A stretch of DNA of 64,000 nucleotides from Calditrichia bacterium (GCA_050633245.1 JBOEGD010000012.1:96001-160000), one strand, 5' to 3'; positions 1-10,808 are shown, numbered from the stretch's first letter. Made by a program: numbers and translations. The notes: generated by a model not told the origin, from the sequence alone.

Positions 1-42
1 GATGAAGACAAGGATGAAGACCAAGATAAGGATCAGGAATAG
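1..42 (+). CDS. 3' end of an upstream gene with an acidic low-complexity tail (partial)
   Basis: Frame 1 reads DEDKDEDQDKDQE-TAG and is followed by a terminator-like hairpin. Confidence 0.6.
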   Translation, partial: DEDKDEDQDKDQE

Positions 43-55
43 ATAAGAATTCGTC

Positions 56-83
56 GGCTGCCGAAATTTCGGCAGCCTGTTTT
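56..83 (+). terminator. Rho-independent terminator
   Basis: Perfect palindrome GGCTGCCGAAA/TTTCGGCAGCC (56-77) followed by TGTTTT. Confidence 0.75.
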
Positions 84-97
84 ACCGGAGTTGGGAA

Positions 98-3000
98 ATG
101 AGAGTCGTGCCTGGTTATATTTTGCTCTTTGCAATTTGCATTGCATTGATGCAGCCGCTGCATTCTCAGTCGGAAGCGGCTCAGAATCGCGATTACTATA
201 GCGAACTGGCTAAGAAGCAGAACCAACTCCCGCGCAATCAACGCAACTACCTGCAAAAGATTGTTCAGAAGACGTCGAAAAATGACCATGCCTGGCTAAG
301 CTTGTTGGATACGTATCTAATCGATAGCGAAATCGACGAGGCCGGAAGATTTTTTCGCCCACTGTTAAAAAAGGATGCCACCCGACCAGCGGCTCAGCGT
401 ATTATGGCGCATCTTTTCCATATTCAAGGGGAAAACGACGAAGCACTAAAGCTGTTTCAACAAAGTTTGCAAACGTCGCCGACATCGCAAACCGTTAAGG
501 AATTCGCACAATTTCTACGCAATACCAATCGCTCACCTGAGACAGATTTTTTACCGGATACGTTAAAGTCAGGCCCGTTACGAGAGCAGCTCGACGTCAA
601 TTATGCTCTTTACACGTTCTCATCGAGAAATTCGCAGACTCCCCTCAAAGTTTATCTCCGCTCTCAGCATCCCACGGAGTCGGCACTCTTGCAAGCAGCT
701 GAAGCAGCCTATCGCCTTCGCCAGTTCGCAAATGGCGACACGCTGCTCAGTAAAAGCCGCAGACAAGCCAAAAAAAATCACAACATCGATTGTCTTACCC
801 AATCATTTATTCTCGAAAGTATTTGGCAGCAAGAGTTCGGGCTTTCTCATCAGCTCGCCATGTTGGATTCCGCCGAGTATTATGCTTCCCGCATAAATAA
901 TTGGCGACTCTTGCAGAAAGTCTATGGTGAACGCGGGCTACTTCATTACGCCGACGACGATTATGCTGCCGCCATCAATCAGCTGCGCAAAGCGATTGAC
1001 ATTGCAGATAAGATGCAGCTAAATAATCATCTCGCCAAATGGCTTAGTCCGTACGGGAAAGCGTTATTTTATCTGGAATCTTATCAGGAAGCGCTGCAAG
1101 TTCACGAACGTGCCGAAGAATTGGCAACACGACTGAATCGCAAACGCCTTGCGCTTAACAGCCGAATAAACAAGGGCGACCTGCTGGCATACTTTTCACG
1201 TTACTACCTCGCAGAGCAGGAATTCTACAGCGCATATCGCGAAGCAGCCGAGCTGGGCTTAACGACTATTATGCGTCGCGCATATCCGCGAATTGGCGAC
1301 ATGCTTTTAGAGAGTAAACAGTTTGCATCCGCTCGCGAAATCTACCGCAATCATCTGGCAACACTTCATAAACGAGGTAAGCAAGACCAGCTACCTTATT
1401 GGCTGGGTCGAATTGCCGAAAGCTACGAACATGAACAAAAACTCGACTCTGCAACAGTTATCTATGAACAGGCTTTTCAACAAGCTCGAACGGTTAATGC
1501 CCCTTATTATATGAGCTCATACATGAGGCGCCTTGGCGAACTCGACAGGCGTAATGGACGTCCGATTCAGGCCCAACAACGCTTTCAAACCAGCCTTGAT
1601 ATAGCACATAGTTCTACAGACAGTAGCCTTATCGTCGATATCCACCGCTCTATGGGTGACTTGCATTTTCAACTAGCGGAGTACAACAAAGCCATTTCGG
1701 CATACCAGTCCGGCGTAGCAATGTATGAACGCATCCGTAACCGGCTTGTTTTAGAAGATCTTAAAATTGGCTATGCAACTCAGGGATATTCGCTCCATCA
1801 TCAGCTGGCCGGGTGCTTCAAAAAGCTGTATGCCGAAACGAATAATCCTGGCCTGCTGGACAGCCTGCTTTTTCATATGGATCTCGCCCGCGGTCGAACC
1901 CTAAAGGAGTTGCGTCTTAGCGGAGAGAGTAGCAACACAGGTCTTAGCTATTCTAAATCAATGGATATTCAACAACGTTTCAGCTATCGCAAGCGACGCT
2001 GGCGAGCGCTGCAAACATCTCATCAGAATCCAACTGCGCAGATGAAGAGCGATTTACTTTCCGCACGCAATGCCCTGCTCACCGACAGGTTGCGGCATCA
2101 AACGGCGGGCTCCAAAAAAACGGACGCGCAGCCGCTCTCGCGTACGATACTTCAAACCAGGCTCAGGCAGATTGATCATACGGCATTGGCTTTTCACATC
2201 CAGGACAGCCTCTCCTTTACTCTTATAATAAGCCCCGATACGATACGTATCGTAAGTATGATCATCGACGAACAACAGCTGACAAAATCGATCAAGAAAC
2301 TCATTGCTCCCTTTCACAATCTAAGCAGCTTGGAAACTCACACGACTATTTATGAAGCGCAAGAGGCATTCAACCTGCATCAACAGCTTATTAAACCGCT
2401 GGAAACACACATACAGCTGGTAGAAAACATACTCATCATTCCAGACACACCTCTGCTTAACCTGCCGTTCGACTTACTTCTTCGAACACAACCACAACAA
2501 GAGCGTTATTTACCGACCGATTTCCCGGACTACACCGCACACTTACTCGTGCAGAAGCATTGTTTTACCATTATGCCAGATCTGCAGCTGCCAACCGCTT
2601 CCGAGCAAAGACATTCTGCAGATCCCGAGCTGCTCGTTATTGCAAATCCATTTGCTGAAGCTGAGTTTATGCCCGGATATTTTGAGCAGAATCAATTTCG
2701 AGCCGGCGGAATTTTTCTTCCTCTCCCATTTACGGAAGTGGAAGCTGCTGCCATAAAAGCACTTTATCCCAAAACGCAGGTTTTAAAGCGACGTCATGCC
2801 ACATCCAAGACGCTAAAATCGATAGCCTCGGATTACGATATAATTCACCTCGCAACGCATGCTTTTGCGGACTCAGCATTCGATATTTTTTCCGGGCTTG
2901 TTCTACACGCCTCGCAGGATTCACTGGACGACGGTTTTTTAATGGGTTATGAGATTGAACAACTTCACCTCAATTGTGAACTTGTAGCACTCAGTGCCTG

Positions 3001-3391
3001 TGAAACCGCGCTCGGGAAACAGGTAGCCGGAGAAGGCGTGCTTGGCCTGCCACGTCTTTTTCTTGCGGCGGGAGCAAAATCAGTGCTTCAAACCTGCTGG
3101 AAAGTTGATGATGGCTTTACGTCAAAGTTAATGCCTGAGTTTTATAAACGCCTCCTTGTGGAAGGGAAAACGCGCCCCGAGGCTCTTGCCGGTGCGAAAC
3201 GCTTTTTTCTTACACCACCAGTTACCAAACAGCAGACCTATTATCAACATCCGCTCTATTGGGCCTCCTTTAATCTCTTTGGTTCTCCGGGCCTGCCGGT
3301 ACAGTCACAAAAGAGTAGATGGTCCCTCCTTTTCCTCCTTCTTGCCGGAGTGTTTCTCTATGTGCTCTATCGTATAAAAACACGTCGCTAA
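98..3391 (+). CDS. TPR-repeat + CHAT (caspase-like) domain protein with signal peptide and C-terminal TM anchor
   Basis: Hydrophobic N-terminus; TPR-like helices; CHAT motifs LIIPD..L..LPF, IIHLATHA (catalytic His), LVALSACET (catalytic Cys), HPLYWASF; C-terminal hydrophobic stretch plus basic tail. Confidence 0.9.
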   Translation: MRVVPGYILLFAICIALMQPLHSQSEAAQNRDYYSELAKKQNQLPRNQRNYLQKIVQKTSKNDHAWLSLLDTYLIDSEIDEAGRFFRPLLKKDATRPAAQRIMAHLFHIQGENDEALKLFQQSLQTSPTSQTVKEFAQFLRNTNRSPETDFLPDTLKSGPLREQLDVNYALYTFSSRNSQTPLKVYLRSQHPTESALLQAAEAAYRLRQFANGDTLLSKSRRQAKKNHNIDCLTQSFILESIWQQEFGLSHQLAMLDSAEYYASRINNWRLLQKVYGERGLLHYADDDYAAAINQLRKAIDIADKMQLNNHLAKWLSPYGKALFYLESYQEALQVHERAEELATRLNRKRLALNSRINKGDLLAYFSRYYLAEQEFYSAYREAAELGLTTIMRRAYPRIGDMLLESKQFASAREIYRNHLATLHKRGKQDQLPYWLGRIAESYEHEQKLDSATVIYEQAFQQARTVNAPYYMSSYMRRLGELDRRNGRPIQAQQRFQTSLDIAHSSTDSSLIVDIHRSMGDLHFQLAEYNKAISAYQSGVAMYERIRNRLVLEDLKIGYATQGYSLHHQLAGCFKKLYAETNNPGLLDSLLFHMDLARGRTLKELRLSGESSNTGLSYSKSMDIQQRFSYRKRRWRALQTSHQNPTAQMKSDLLSARNALLTDRLRHQTAGSKKTDAQPLSRTILQTRLRQIDHTALAFHIQDSLSFTLIISPDTIRIVSMIIDEQQLTKSIKKLIAPFHNLSSLETHTTIYEAQEAFNLHQQLIKPLETHIQLVENILIIPDTPLLNLPFDLLLRTQPQQERYLPTDFPDYTAHLLVQKHCFTIMPDLQLPTASEQRHSADPELLVIANPFAEAEFMPGYFEQNQFRAGGIFLPLPFTEVEAAAIKALYPKTQVLKRRHATSKTLKSIASDYDIIHLATHAFADSAFDIFSGLVLHASQDSLDDGFLMGYEIEQLHLNCELVALSACETALGKQVAGEGVLGLPRLFLAAGAKSVLQTCWKVDDGFTSKLMPEFYKRLLVEGKTRPEALAGAKRFFLTPPVTKQQTYYQHPLYWASFNLFGSPGLPVQSQKSRWSLLFLLLAGVFLYVLYRIKTRR

Positions 3392-3513
3392 AGCTATTTT
3401 TTTCCTTATAGAACAAAAATCATAAAAAGAGAATAATTATTTAATGACTGATAAATTTATTCGTATTACTTTCCGATAATTTACGCACTGAACACAATGA
3501 CGATTGGAACTGA

Positions 3514-5343
3514 ATGAAAGCGCCAAAACCGACATTTTCGGCCTCGTCGAACGCTACAACAGATGCCCTGCCGAAACGTCAGCAAATAGACGAACGCTAC
3601 AAGTGGAATTTGCAGCATATATTCGACTCAAATGAGGATTGGGAGACTGAGCTCAATGAGATAGAAGAGGGACTTTCCAAATTCGACAGCTTTGCAGGGA
3701 CTTTGGGACAATCTGCTGAGTCACTTTTTCAGTGTTTGAGATATCAGCACAACCTGGAAGAACGCTTTGGTCGACTATTTCTTTATTCCGGTCTTAGCAA
3801 TGACCAGGACACCTCCGAATCTCTTTATCAGGATTACCGCGGACAGGCATCTGCACTGATGGCAAAAATTAATCAGAGAACTTCCTTTATTCAGCCTGAG
3901 ATTCTTGCACTTGGTAAGAGAAAAATTGATTCGTTTTTACAGCAGCATCAGAGCCTACAGGAATTTCAGCACCTATTGGAAGATATTTTTCGTACTGTCG
4001 CTCATGTGCTTCCGCCGGAACAGGAGCAGTTGCTTGCACTTACCGGTGAACTGGCTCAGGGAGCATCGAATATTTTTTCCATGTTCAATAATGCAGACAT
4101 CCAATTTTCATCGATTCTCGATGAAAATGAACGAGAAGTTGAAGTCACCAAAGCCAGACATCAGCGATTTATGGAATCGAAAAATCGCCGAGTCCGTGAA
4201 GATTCCTATCGCGCTCTATATGGTGCCTATCATAAATGGACCAACACGCTGGCGGCAACGCTTTCAACGGCTGTTAAAAGAAATCTGTTTTATGCAAAGG
4301 CGCGTAGATATAACACGGCACTGGAAGCTGCACTGGATAGTGAGAACATTCCGGTTGGGGTTTATGATAATGTGATTAATACAATTAATCAGAATCTAAA
4401 CCCACTACAGAACTATATGAGTCAGCGTGCAAAGATACTGGGGTTGGAGACGGTACGTCCATGGGATCTGACTGTACCGCTTGTTACAGAGGTGGATTTT
4501 AATATTCCGTATGATGATGCAGCAGGAATCTTACGTGAGGCGCTTGCGCCACTCGGCGAAGACTATCTTTCTGCAATCGATAAAGCATTTGAGGATGGCT
4601 GGGTCGACGTTTATGAAAATCGTGGAAAGCGTTCAGGTGCCTACTCCTGGTCGACGTATGGAGCTCATCCGTATATACTGATGAATTACAACGCTACGTT
4701 GAACAATTTGTTTACTCTGGCTCATGAGTTGGGACATGCACTTCACTCCTACTACACTCATCAATCACAGCCAAATCATTACAGCCACTACACAATTTTT
4801 GTGGCTGAGGTAGCATCTACGCTGAATGAAGCATTACTTATGGATTATTTACTTAAGCGCGAAAGCGGTGAAAGACGCCGTTATTTGATTAATGAATACA
4901 TCGATCAGATTCGTGGTACCGTTTATAATCAAGCATTGTTTGCCGAGCTGGAACGCGACATTCACACTCATGCAGAAAGTGGGCAGACACTTACCGGAGA
5001 GTATCTGAATGGCCTTACAGCTTCACTTTATAATAAATATTTAGGAGAGCACTTTCAAATCGATGACCTCTACCAGATAAACTGGTGCCGTATTCCACAT
5101 TTTTATTACAACTTTTACGTCTATAAATATGCCACAGGCTTTTCTGCTGCCACGGCACTATCACGTAAAATACTAGATGGCGATACTTCCGCTCGAGAGG
5201 CATATCTATCGTTTTTATCACGCGGAAATTCAGACTATTCGATCAATTTACTGAAGGATGCCGGAGTTAATATGCTTTCTGCGGAGCCAATTGAAGCGAC
5301 AACAACCTTGATGATGAATTTATTGAAACAGTTTTCAGAATAA
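3514..5343 (+). CDS. pepF: Oligoendopeptidase F (peptidase M3B)
   Basis: GKRSGAYS, TLAHELGHALH zinc motif, FVAEVAST, RIPHFYYNFYVYKYATG. Confidence 0.95.
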   Translation: MKAPKPTFSASSNATTDALPKRQQIDERYKWNLQHIFDSNEDWETELNEIEEGLSKFDSFAGTLGQSAESLFQCLRYQHNLEERFGRLFLYSGLSNDQDTSESLYQDYRGQASALMAKINQRTSFIQPEILALGKRKIDSFLQQHQSLQEFQHLLEDIFRTVAHVLPPEQEQLLALTGELAQGASNIFSMFNNADIQFSSILDENEREVEVTKARHQRFMESKNRRVREDSYRALYGAYHKWTNTLAATLSTAVKRNLFYAKARRYNTALEAALDSENIPVGVYDNVINTINQNLNPLQNYMSQRAKILGLETVRPWDLTVPLVTEVDFNIPYDDAAGILREALAPLGEDYLSAIDKAFEDGWVDVYENRGKRSGAYSWSTYGAHPYILMNYNATLNNLFTLAHELGHALHSYYTHQSQPNHYSHYTIFVAEVASTLNEALLMDYLLKRESGERRRYLINEYIDQIRGTVYNQALFAELERDIHTHAESGQTLTGEYLNGLTASLYNKYLGEHFQIDDLYQINWCRIPHFYYNFYVYKYATGFSAATALSRKILDGDTSAREAYLSFLSRGNSDYSINLLKDAGVNMLSAEPIEATTTLMMNLLKQFSE

Positions 5344-5408
5344 GAATGGGGCAAATGCCCCAATTATAAGTGTAAAATCATCAATTCAATATGATATTGA
5401 AATGCGTG

Positions 5409-5424
5409 TGTGATTTTTTGCACA
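5409..5424. promoter_or_regulatory. CRP/FNR-family-like operator candidate
   Basis: TGTGA-TTTTTT-GCACA, 9/10 match to TGTGA-N6-TCACA, in the AT-rich leader of the secreted-protein cluster. Confidence 0.3.
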
Positions 5425-5673
5425 ATGATTTTTCCCAAAATTATCATTGTGTTGAAAATCAAATGGAATGAATACTTTCGCACTATCTTAAACGTGCAAT
5501 CTTTTTTATACGCATCTGTTCGTATCCTCCTGCGACAGGCTTAATATTTGGGTTGAGAGAACGTTGGATTGACTATTGGTCAACCCTTGAGAATGGATTC
5601 TCAAAAGACGCTCTTTCATAATAGTAGTATTTTATGTCTTGCAAAGTGTCTTTTTCGGAAAGGAGACCTTAAA

Positions 5674-8607
5674 ATGTTGCGCAAGCTACATGCTCTTGTG
5701 CTTTATAGCATCTTTATGTTGTTAATTGGAAGTTTCTCTCTGGCAGCACAAACAAATTATTCTTGGACAAATGGTGGTGGTGATAACGACTGGGCCAACA
5801 ACGAGAACTGGTCTCCCTCAGGTGTCCCTGCAAGTAACGATACCGTTACGATAAGTGCTGGAGACTCTATCGTTGTTAACTCAGACGTTACTATCGATAG
5901 TCTTTCTGTGCAGAGCGGAATATTAAACTGCCTTGCACAGGTTACGGTAAATAGTGGAATGGTTTTTCGCGGAGGCGATCTTCGTGGAGATGATACCCTT
6001 CTTATTACCAGCGGGGCTACTCTGGATTTTATCTCATCGAGCTTTAAGGATCTTTGGGGCTTAACGCTTAGAAATGAAGGAACGGCGACATGGAGCGGTA
6101 GTGGACGTATTTCACTTCGAGACAAGTCGACTATTACCAACGCATCCGGTGCTCTTTTTGACGTCCAGGGTAATTTCTTTATGGACTATGTGCAGCTGGA
6201 TACCGGTGGAAATTTCGAAAATTTCGGTACGCTTCGCAAAAGCTCCGGAACTGGAACGGCAACTATTGATCCCACATTCTACAACACCGGTACCGTTGAC
6301 GTCGAAGACGGTACGCTGCGTTTTGAGCGTGGCGACAGCACCGAGAGCAGCACTGGTGTTTTCAATGCAGATTCCGGCACTACAATTGAGATGGACGAAC
6401 GTATTTTCAGTTTTGACGGTGCCAGCTTTACCGGTAGTGGAACAACAGAGTTCCAGGATGCCGTGTTGACACTTAACGGATCGGGAATGACCATTGCCTC
6501 AGGTGCTACAGTAACAGCTGATGATCAGGATTGTGAGATAGACGGCAGTGGTCCGATAACGGTAAGCGGAACGTTCGATTTATTGGAATGTACGATATCG
6601 GGAAGCGGAGCCTGGACCAATAATGGTACGGTACAGTTCACCACGAGCTCAGCAAAAGTCATTGAAACACGCACACTCACCAATAATGCCACTGTTCTCT
6701 GGAGTGGTAGCGGCGTCATCAATCTGAATAGCGGAGCGAGCATCAACAACACTGGCACTGGTAATTTTAATATTCAGGTCAATAGCCGAATTGATGAAGA
6801 CGTAGAACTGACTGCCGGTTTTACCAACTCCGGAACGATCACAAAAACCGTTGCAACAAGTACAACAAACTTTGAAGTCGCCGTTACAAACACCGGAACG
6901 ATTAACACAAACACTGGTCGTATTTCGTTTGAAGATGGCAGCAGTAATATCGGTGCAACCTTCAACACGGCATCGGGAGCAACTTTCGACTTCAATGGTG
7001 GAACCCAGGTAGTAGATGGTATTACCGTTGCCGGAGCAGGCTCTTTTGAAGTGAGCGGAACGGTATTAACCTTAACCGGGAATATAGGCGTCTCTGCTGG
7101 TGGGGTTTTAGATCTTGTCAATAATGATGTCAATGGAAGTGGCACCATTACCAACAATGGAACGATTAACTGGTTTGGCGATGACCTGCGTGGCGGCGGC
7201 GAAATTATTAACAATAACGTCATGACGGTAGACGGAAGCGGTGTTAAACTGCAGACCAACTTCGATATTACAAATAATGGCACCATCACCTGGACTGGTT
7301 CAGGGGAGTGGCGGATTACCAACACGTCCAGCATTACGATTGGCAGCGAAGGCACACTCGATATTCAGAATGATGAAAATCTCTCCGATCTTGGAACCGG
7401 AACAAACAGTATTATTAATAATGGTACCATTACAAAGACTGCCGGAGCGGCCTCTTCAACACTTGGAGTTGATGTAACAAATAATGGCACTATTTCCTGC
7501 ACTGCAGCAAATCTGGCATTTCAGGAAGATTTTGTAAACGCCAGCACCGGTATTCTCAGCGGCCTGAATTCATTGAGTTTCTCAGGCACAAACAGCTTTA
7601 CGAATAATGGAACAACGAGTCCCGGCACAAATAGTGTTGGCGACTTAAGTTTTATCGGCACTTTTGAACAATCGTCTTCAGCCAACCTCGAAATTACTCT
7701 TGGTGGCATGGTTCCGGCGAGCAACCAGGATCAACTCAGCGTAAACGGCGATATCGATCTGGATGGAGAGTTGGAAATCACGATTCCAGATGGCTACTAT
7801 CCTGCGGTAGCGGATAGTTTTATCGTTCTCACTTTCAACGGTTCACGCACGGGCACGTTCAGTACCTTCACTGCCCCGAGTGTTGGCGGAAGCCCACAGT
7901 TTGAAGTTCTATATCGCTCCACTTATGTTGTAGTCCGTACGCTGATACAAAACGGTACAACTGTGAACCTCACAGCTTTTCTTGAAGGTGCATATCGCAG
8001 TGGTTCAATGACAACGCAACTTCGCGATGATGGTCTTATCCCAACCTCCCAACCGTATTCCGGCAGCCCCTGGAATTACTCTGGTAGTGAAAGCGTTAGC
8101 AGCATTCCGGCAGACGTGGTAGACTGGGTATTACTTGAGCTTCGCACCGGCACAGGTTCGGGCACATTAGCTGGAAGAAGAGCAGCTTTCATTCTCAGCA
8201 ATGGAAGTATTGTAGATACGAGTGGCAGTGGAACAGTCTCCTTTGATGATGTGGGAACGGGAAGTTATTACGTTATAATTTATCACCGAAACCACTTGTC
8301 TGTTATGTCGGCCTCTACTGTGACACTGACGACCAGCAGTAGTAACTACAACTTCAGCACCGCACAGTCTCAGGCATACAGCAACACCGGCGACGGCATG
8401 GTAGACATCACCGGGGGAGTTTTTGGATTATTTGCCGGGGAGACTAACGACTCAGGTATTATTACCAATGCCGATAAATCTGCCGTAATAAGTAACCTGA
8501 ATACTACAGGCTATAAGGTTTCGGACACCAATTTTTCGGGCATTGTTACAAATGCCGACAAAACGCCAATGAACAGCAATCTTAACGCCGCAACGCAGGT
8601 GCCGTAA
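5674..8607 (+). CDS. Large secreted beta-strand-repeat surface protein with C-terminal dockerin-like duplication (A1)
   Basis: ATG 5674 after AGGAGA RBS; signal peptide; NWSPSGVP motif; G/T/N-rich repeats; tail GETNDSGIITNADK...SDTNFSGIVTNADK. Confidence 0.8.
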   Translation: MLRKLHALVLYSIFMLLIGSFSLAAQTNYSWTNGGGDNDWANNENWSPSGVPASNDTVTISAGDSIVVNSDVTIDSLSVQSGILNCLAQVTVNSGMVFRGGDLRGDDTLLITSGATLDFISSSFKDLWGLTLRNEGTATWSGSGRISLRDKSTITNASGALFDVQGNFFMDYVQLDTGGNFENFGTLRKSSGTGTATIDPTFYNTGTVDVEDGTLRFERGDSTESSTGVFNADSGTTIEMDERIFSFDGASFTGSGTTEFQDAVLTLNGSGMTIASGATVTADDQDCEIDGSGPITVSGTFDLLECTISGSGAWTNNGTVQFTTSSAKVIETRTLTNNATVLWSGSGVINLNSGASINNTGTGNFNIQVNSRIDEDVELTAGFTNSGTITKTVATSTTNFEVAVTNTGTINTNTGRISFEDGSSNIGATFNTASGATFDFNGGTQVVDGITVAGAGSFEVSGTVLTLTGNIGVSAGGVLDLVNNDVNGSGTITNNGTINWFGDDLRGGGEIINNNVMTVDGSGVKLQTNFDITNNGTITWTGSGEWRITNTSSITIGSEGTLDIQNDENLSDLGTGTNSIINNGTITKTAGAASSTLGVDVTNNGTISCTAANLAFQEDFVNASTGILSGLNSLSFSGTNSFTNNGTTSPGTNSVGDLSFIGTFEQSSSANLEITLGGMVPASNQDQLSVNGDIDLDGELEITIPDGYYPAVADSFIVLTFNGSRTGTFSTFTAPSVGGSPQFEVLYRSTYVVVRTLIQNGTTVNLTAFLEGAYRSGSMTTQLRDDGLIPTSQPYSGSPWNYSGSESVSSIPADVVDWVLLELRTGTGSGTLAGRRAAFILSNGSIVDTSGSGTVSFDDVGTGSYYVIIYHRNHLSVMSASTVTLTTSSSNYNFSTAQSQAYSNTGDGMVDITGGVFGLFAGETNDSGIITNADKSAVISNLNTTGYKVSDTNFSGIVTNADKTPMNSNLNAATQVP

Positions 8608-8609
8608 TC

Positions 8610-9461
8610 ATGATTAAAACAAACAACACATTGTTTCGGGCTATTCTTGTGCTGATGCTGGCGCTAGGCAACCTGTTCGCGCAAACCGGCCCTCGGCAGG
8701 CGAACATTATTGCTGTTAACCCGGTGGTAACCGCGATATCCTTTAGTTTTGACGTCGTTCTTTTACCAACGACTGTCTGGGGAAACAATGTCTACGACAA
8801 AGCACTGGGAGACTGTAGCTGGTTTTTTCAGTACAATGATAGTGCTTTAACAAATCCGGAGATAGTTTATACCGCTCCAGAGGTAGACACAGCATTCGGC
8901 TATACCAACAGCATTGCAATAATCGCAAATCGCCTGGGTTTAACCACCGATGTTTCTCTCGGCACCTTTAGCGGCACCGAGCTGCTTCAGGGACAGCGCT
9001 ATCACTTATTCACCATTCGCATGGACATTATTGATCCGTCGCGAAATTCCGGCATAATGTGGGATACTCTTAATACCGGTCTCTTAACCGTAATAGACAA
9101 TATCGTTCAAACAACGGCATCCTCAGACACAGATGTACCGCTCTCGCTAACGGCTATTGGTGATAATCTTGCAGAAGTACCTGAAAAGTTCAGGCTGTTC
9201 CAAAACTATCCGAATCCATTCAACCCGGAAACAACGATACGCTTTGAAATGCCTATTGCATCACGCGTAAAAGTGACGGTATTCGATATTTTAGGTCGAC
9301 ACATTCGACAGATATCCAATGATCAGCTTCAGGCGGGCTCCCATCTATTTAAATGGGATGGTCGCAACGATTCCGGTGAATCGGTCGGCTCGGGTCTTTA
9401 CCTTCTTGTTACGGAAACAGAGACCGCGAAAACCACATTAAAAATGACGCTTTTAAAATAA
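8610..9461 (+). CDS. Secreted protein: cohesin-like domain + T9SS type A/FlgD-Ig C-terminal sorting domain (B1)
   Basis: Signal peptide; FSFDV..ALGDCSWFFQYNDSAL beta-sandwich pattern; QNYPNPFNPET...WDGRNDSG..GSGLY...KMTLLK. Confidence 0.8.
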   Translation: MIKTNNTLFRAILVLMLALGNLFAQTGPRQANIIAVNPVVTAISFSFDVVLLPTTVWGNNVYDKALGDCSWFFQYNDSALTNPEIVYTAPEVDTAFGYTNSIAIIANRLGLTTDVSLGTFSGTELLQGQRYHLFTIRMDIIDPSRNSGIMWDTLNTGLLTVIDNIVQTTASSDTDVPLSLTAIGDNLAEVPEKFRLFQNYPNPFNPETTIRFEMPIASRVKVTVFDILGRHIRQISNDQLQAGSHLFKWDGRNDSGESVGSGLYLLVTETETAKTTLKMTLLK

Positions 9462-9501
9462 CAACGACATCATTTACTACGGATGTAAGAAGGAATTTGG
9501 A

Positions 9502-10641
9502 ATGAAATCAATCAGAGAGAATTGCATACGGATAACGTTTTTTCTGTTTTTGCTGGTGCCCGGCTTTACGTTCGCACAAACAGCGAACATCAGCATCCAG
9601 AATGCTCAACAATCCAGTGGCGTTTTCACATTTGAAATTCATATTGAACCAACAAACAATTGGGGTAGCGGCACATTCGACAAGCGTTTAGGCGACTGTA
9701 GTTGGGCCTTCACGTTTAATACCAGCGCCATAAACAGCCCGTCGTTAACAGTGGTAGGCAGTTCGGTCGATCCGGGTGATGGCTACACCAATTCCGTACA
9801 AATTTTAGGGTCCCGCCTGATTGTAACAACGGAGTTCGACATTGGAGATGGTAGTGGGGTGGATATTAATCAGAGCACCGAATACCATCTTTACACTGTT
9901 GCTCTGAACATTATTGCCGATCCCGCCGATTCAGAAGTTCAGTGGGACCAGATCAATACCGGAGTCTTTAATATTCCTGATGATGGTATCATAGTGGGCT
10001 ATTCCGGTGATGGCGATATTCCCCTGCCTGTTTCATTATCTGCTTTTAGCGCGACCGCGGTAGATGGAAATATCAATCTGGCGTGGACAACGCAAAGCGA
10101 ATTGAATAATGCGGGATTCGAACTCTACAGGTCACTACAGCAAGAAGGCAACTATCAGATTATCAGCTCTTACCTGTCTAACAGCGACCTGATTGGCGCT
10201 GGCACATCGAATATTACTCGTGAATACGAATTCACAGACAGTAATGTTGATGTTGGTCTGACCTATTATTATCGTCTTGCCGATGTGGATCTCAGTGGAA
10301 TACGCACCTTTCATGAACCAATATCCGGAAGCGTTAGTGAAGCCGATATCGTTCCGGAACGCTTTATTGTTCATCAGAACTATCCAAATCCGTTTAACCC
10401 GGAAACCCAGATTGTGTTTGAACTGCCAGAGCGGGAGAACTCCAGAGTAAATGCCGTAGTCTATGATATGCTCGGACGCAGTGTTCGCACCTTGTTCTCA
10501 GGCAGACTTGAAGCCGGGGTTCACCGGCTGATCTGGAATGGCCGTGACAATAATGAGCAGTCACTTGCTTCCGGAACGTATATTCTGCAGCTGCAAACGG
10601 CATCCAATACGCGCTCAGTAAAAATGTTACTCCTCAAGTAA
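9502..10641 (+). CDS. Secreted protein: cohesin-like domain + LPVxL Ig-like domain + T9SS type A sorting domain (B2), paralog of B1
   Basis: Shares DKxLGDCSW, GYTNS, YHLxT and WDxxNTG with B1; PLPVSLSAFSA..W.TQSE.NNAGF domain; QNYPNPFNPET...KMLLLK. Confidence 0.8.
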   Translation: MKSIRENCIRITFFLFLLVPGFTFAQTANISIQNAQQSSGVFTFEIHIEPTNNWGSGTFDKRLGDCSWAFTFNTSAINSPSLTVVGSSVDPGDGYTNSVQILGSRLIVTTEFDIGDGSGVDINQSTEYHLYTVALNIIADPADSEVQWDQINTGVFNIPDDGIIVGYSGDGDIPLPVSLSAFSATAVDGNINLAWTTQSELNNAGFELYRSLQQEGNYQIISSYLSNSDLIGAGTSNITREYEFTDSNVDVGLTYYYRLADVDLSGIRTFHEPISGSVSEADIVPERFIVHQNYPNPFNPETQIVFELPERENSRVNAVVYDMLGRSVRTLFSGRLEAGVHRLIWNGRDNNEQSLASGTYILQLQTASNTRSVKMLLLK

Positions 10642-10656
10642 GTTTAAGAAGTCTAC

Positions 10657-10683
10657 TCGCAGATTGCCCTGGGCAATCTGCGA
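10657..10683 (+). terminator. Strong hairpin after B2 (terminator or processing site)
   Basis: TCGCAGATTGCCC-T-GGGCAATCTGCGA, 13-bp stem; no clear U-tract. Confidence 0.5.
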
Positions 10684-10808
10684 ATCCTGCATTCTGATCT
10701 ATTAATTACCTAGACATAACGTTGCAAACCTCAAGACGCAGTAATCTGCTTTCGATAATAATTATTGTCCCATGGAATGGGAATGAGGTTTAACAAGAAG
10801 GGATTCTT

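Noticed and set aside
3452-3479. TAAA...TCCGATAA sigma28-like site before pepF (similar TCAAG...TTCGATAA at 10731)
   Set aside because: Spacer 1 nt too long and AT-rich context
5757-7724. Series of P/V/L-rich minus-strand ORFs
   Set aside because: Expected antisense read-out of the G/T/N-rich repeats in A1
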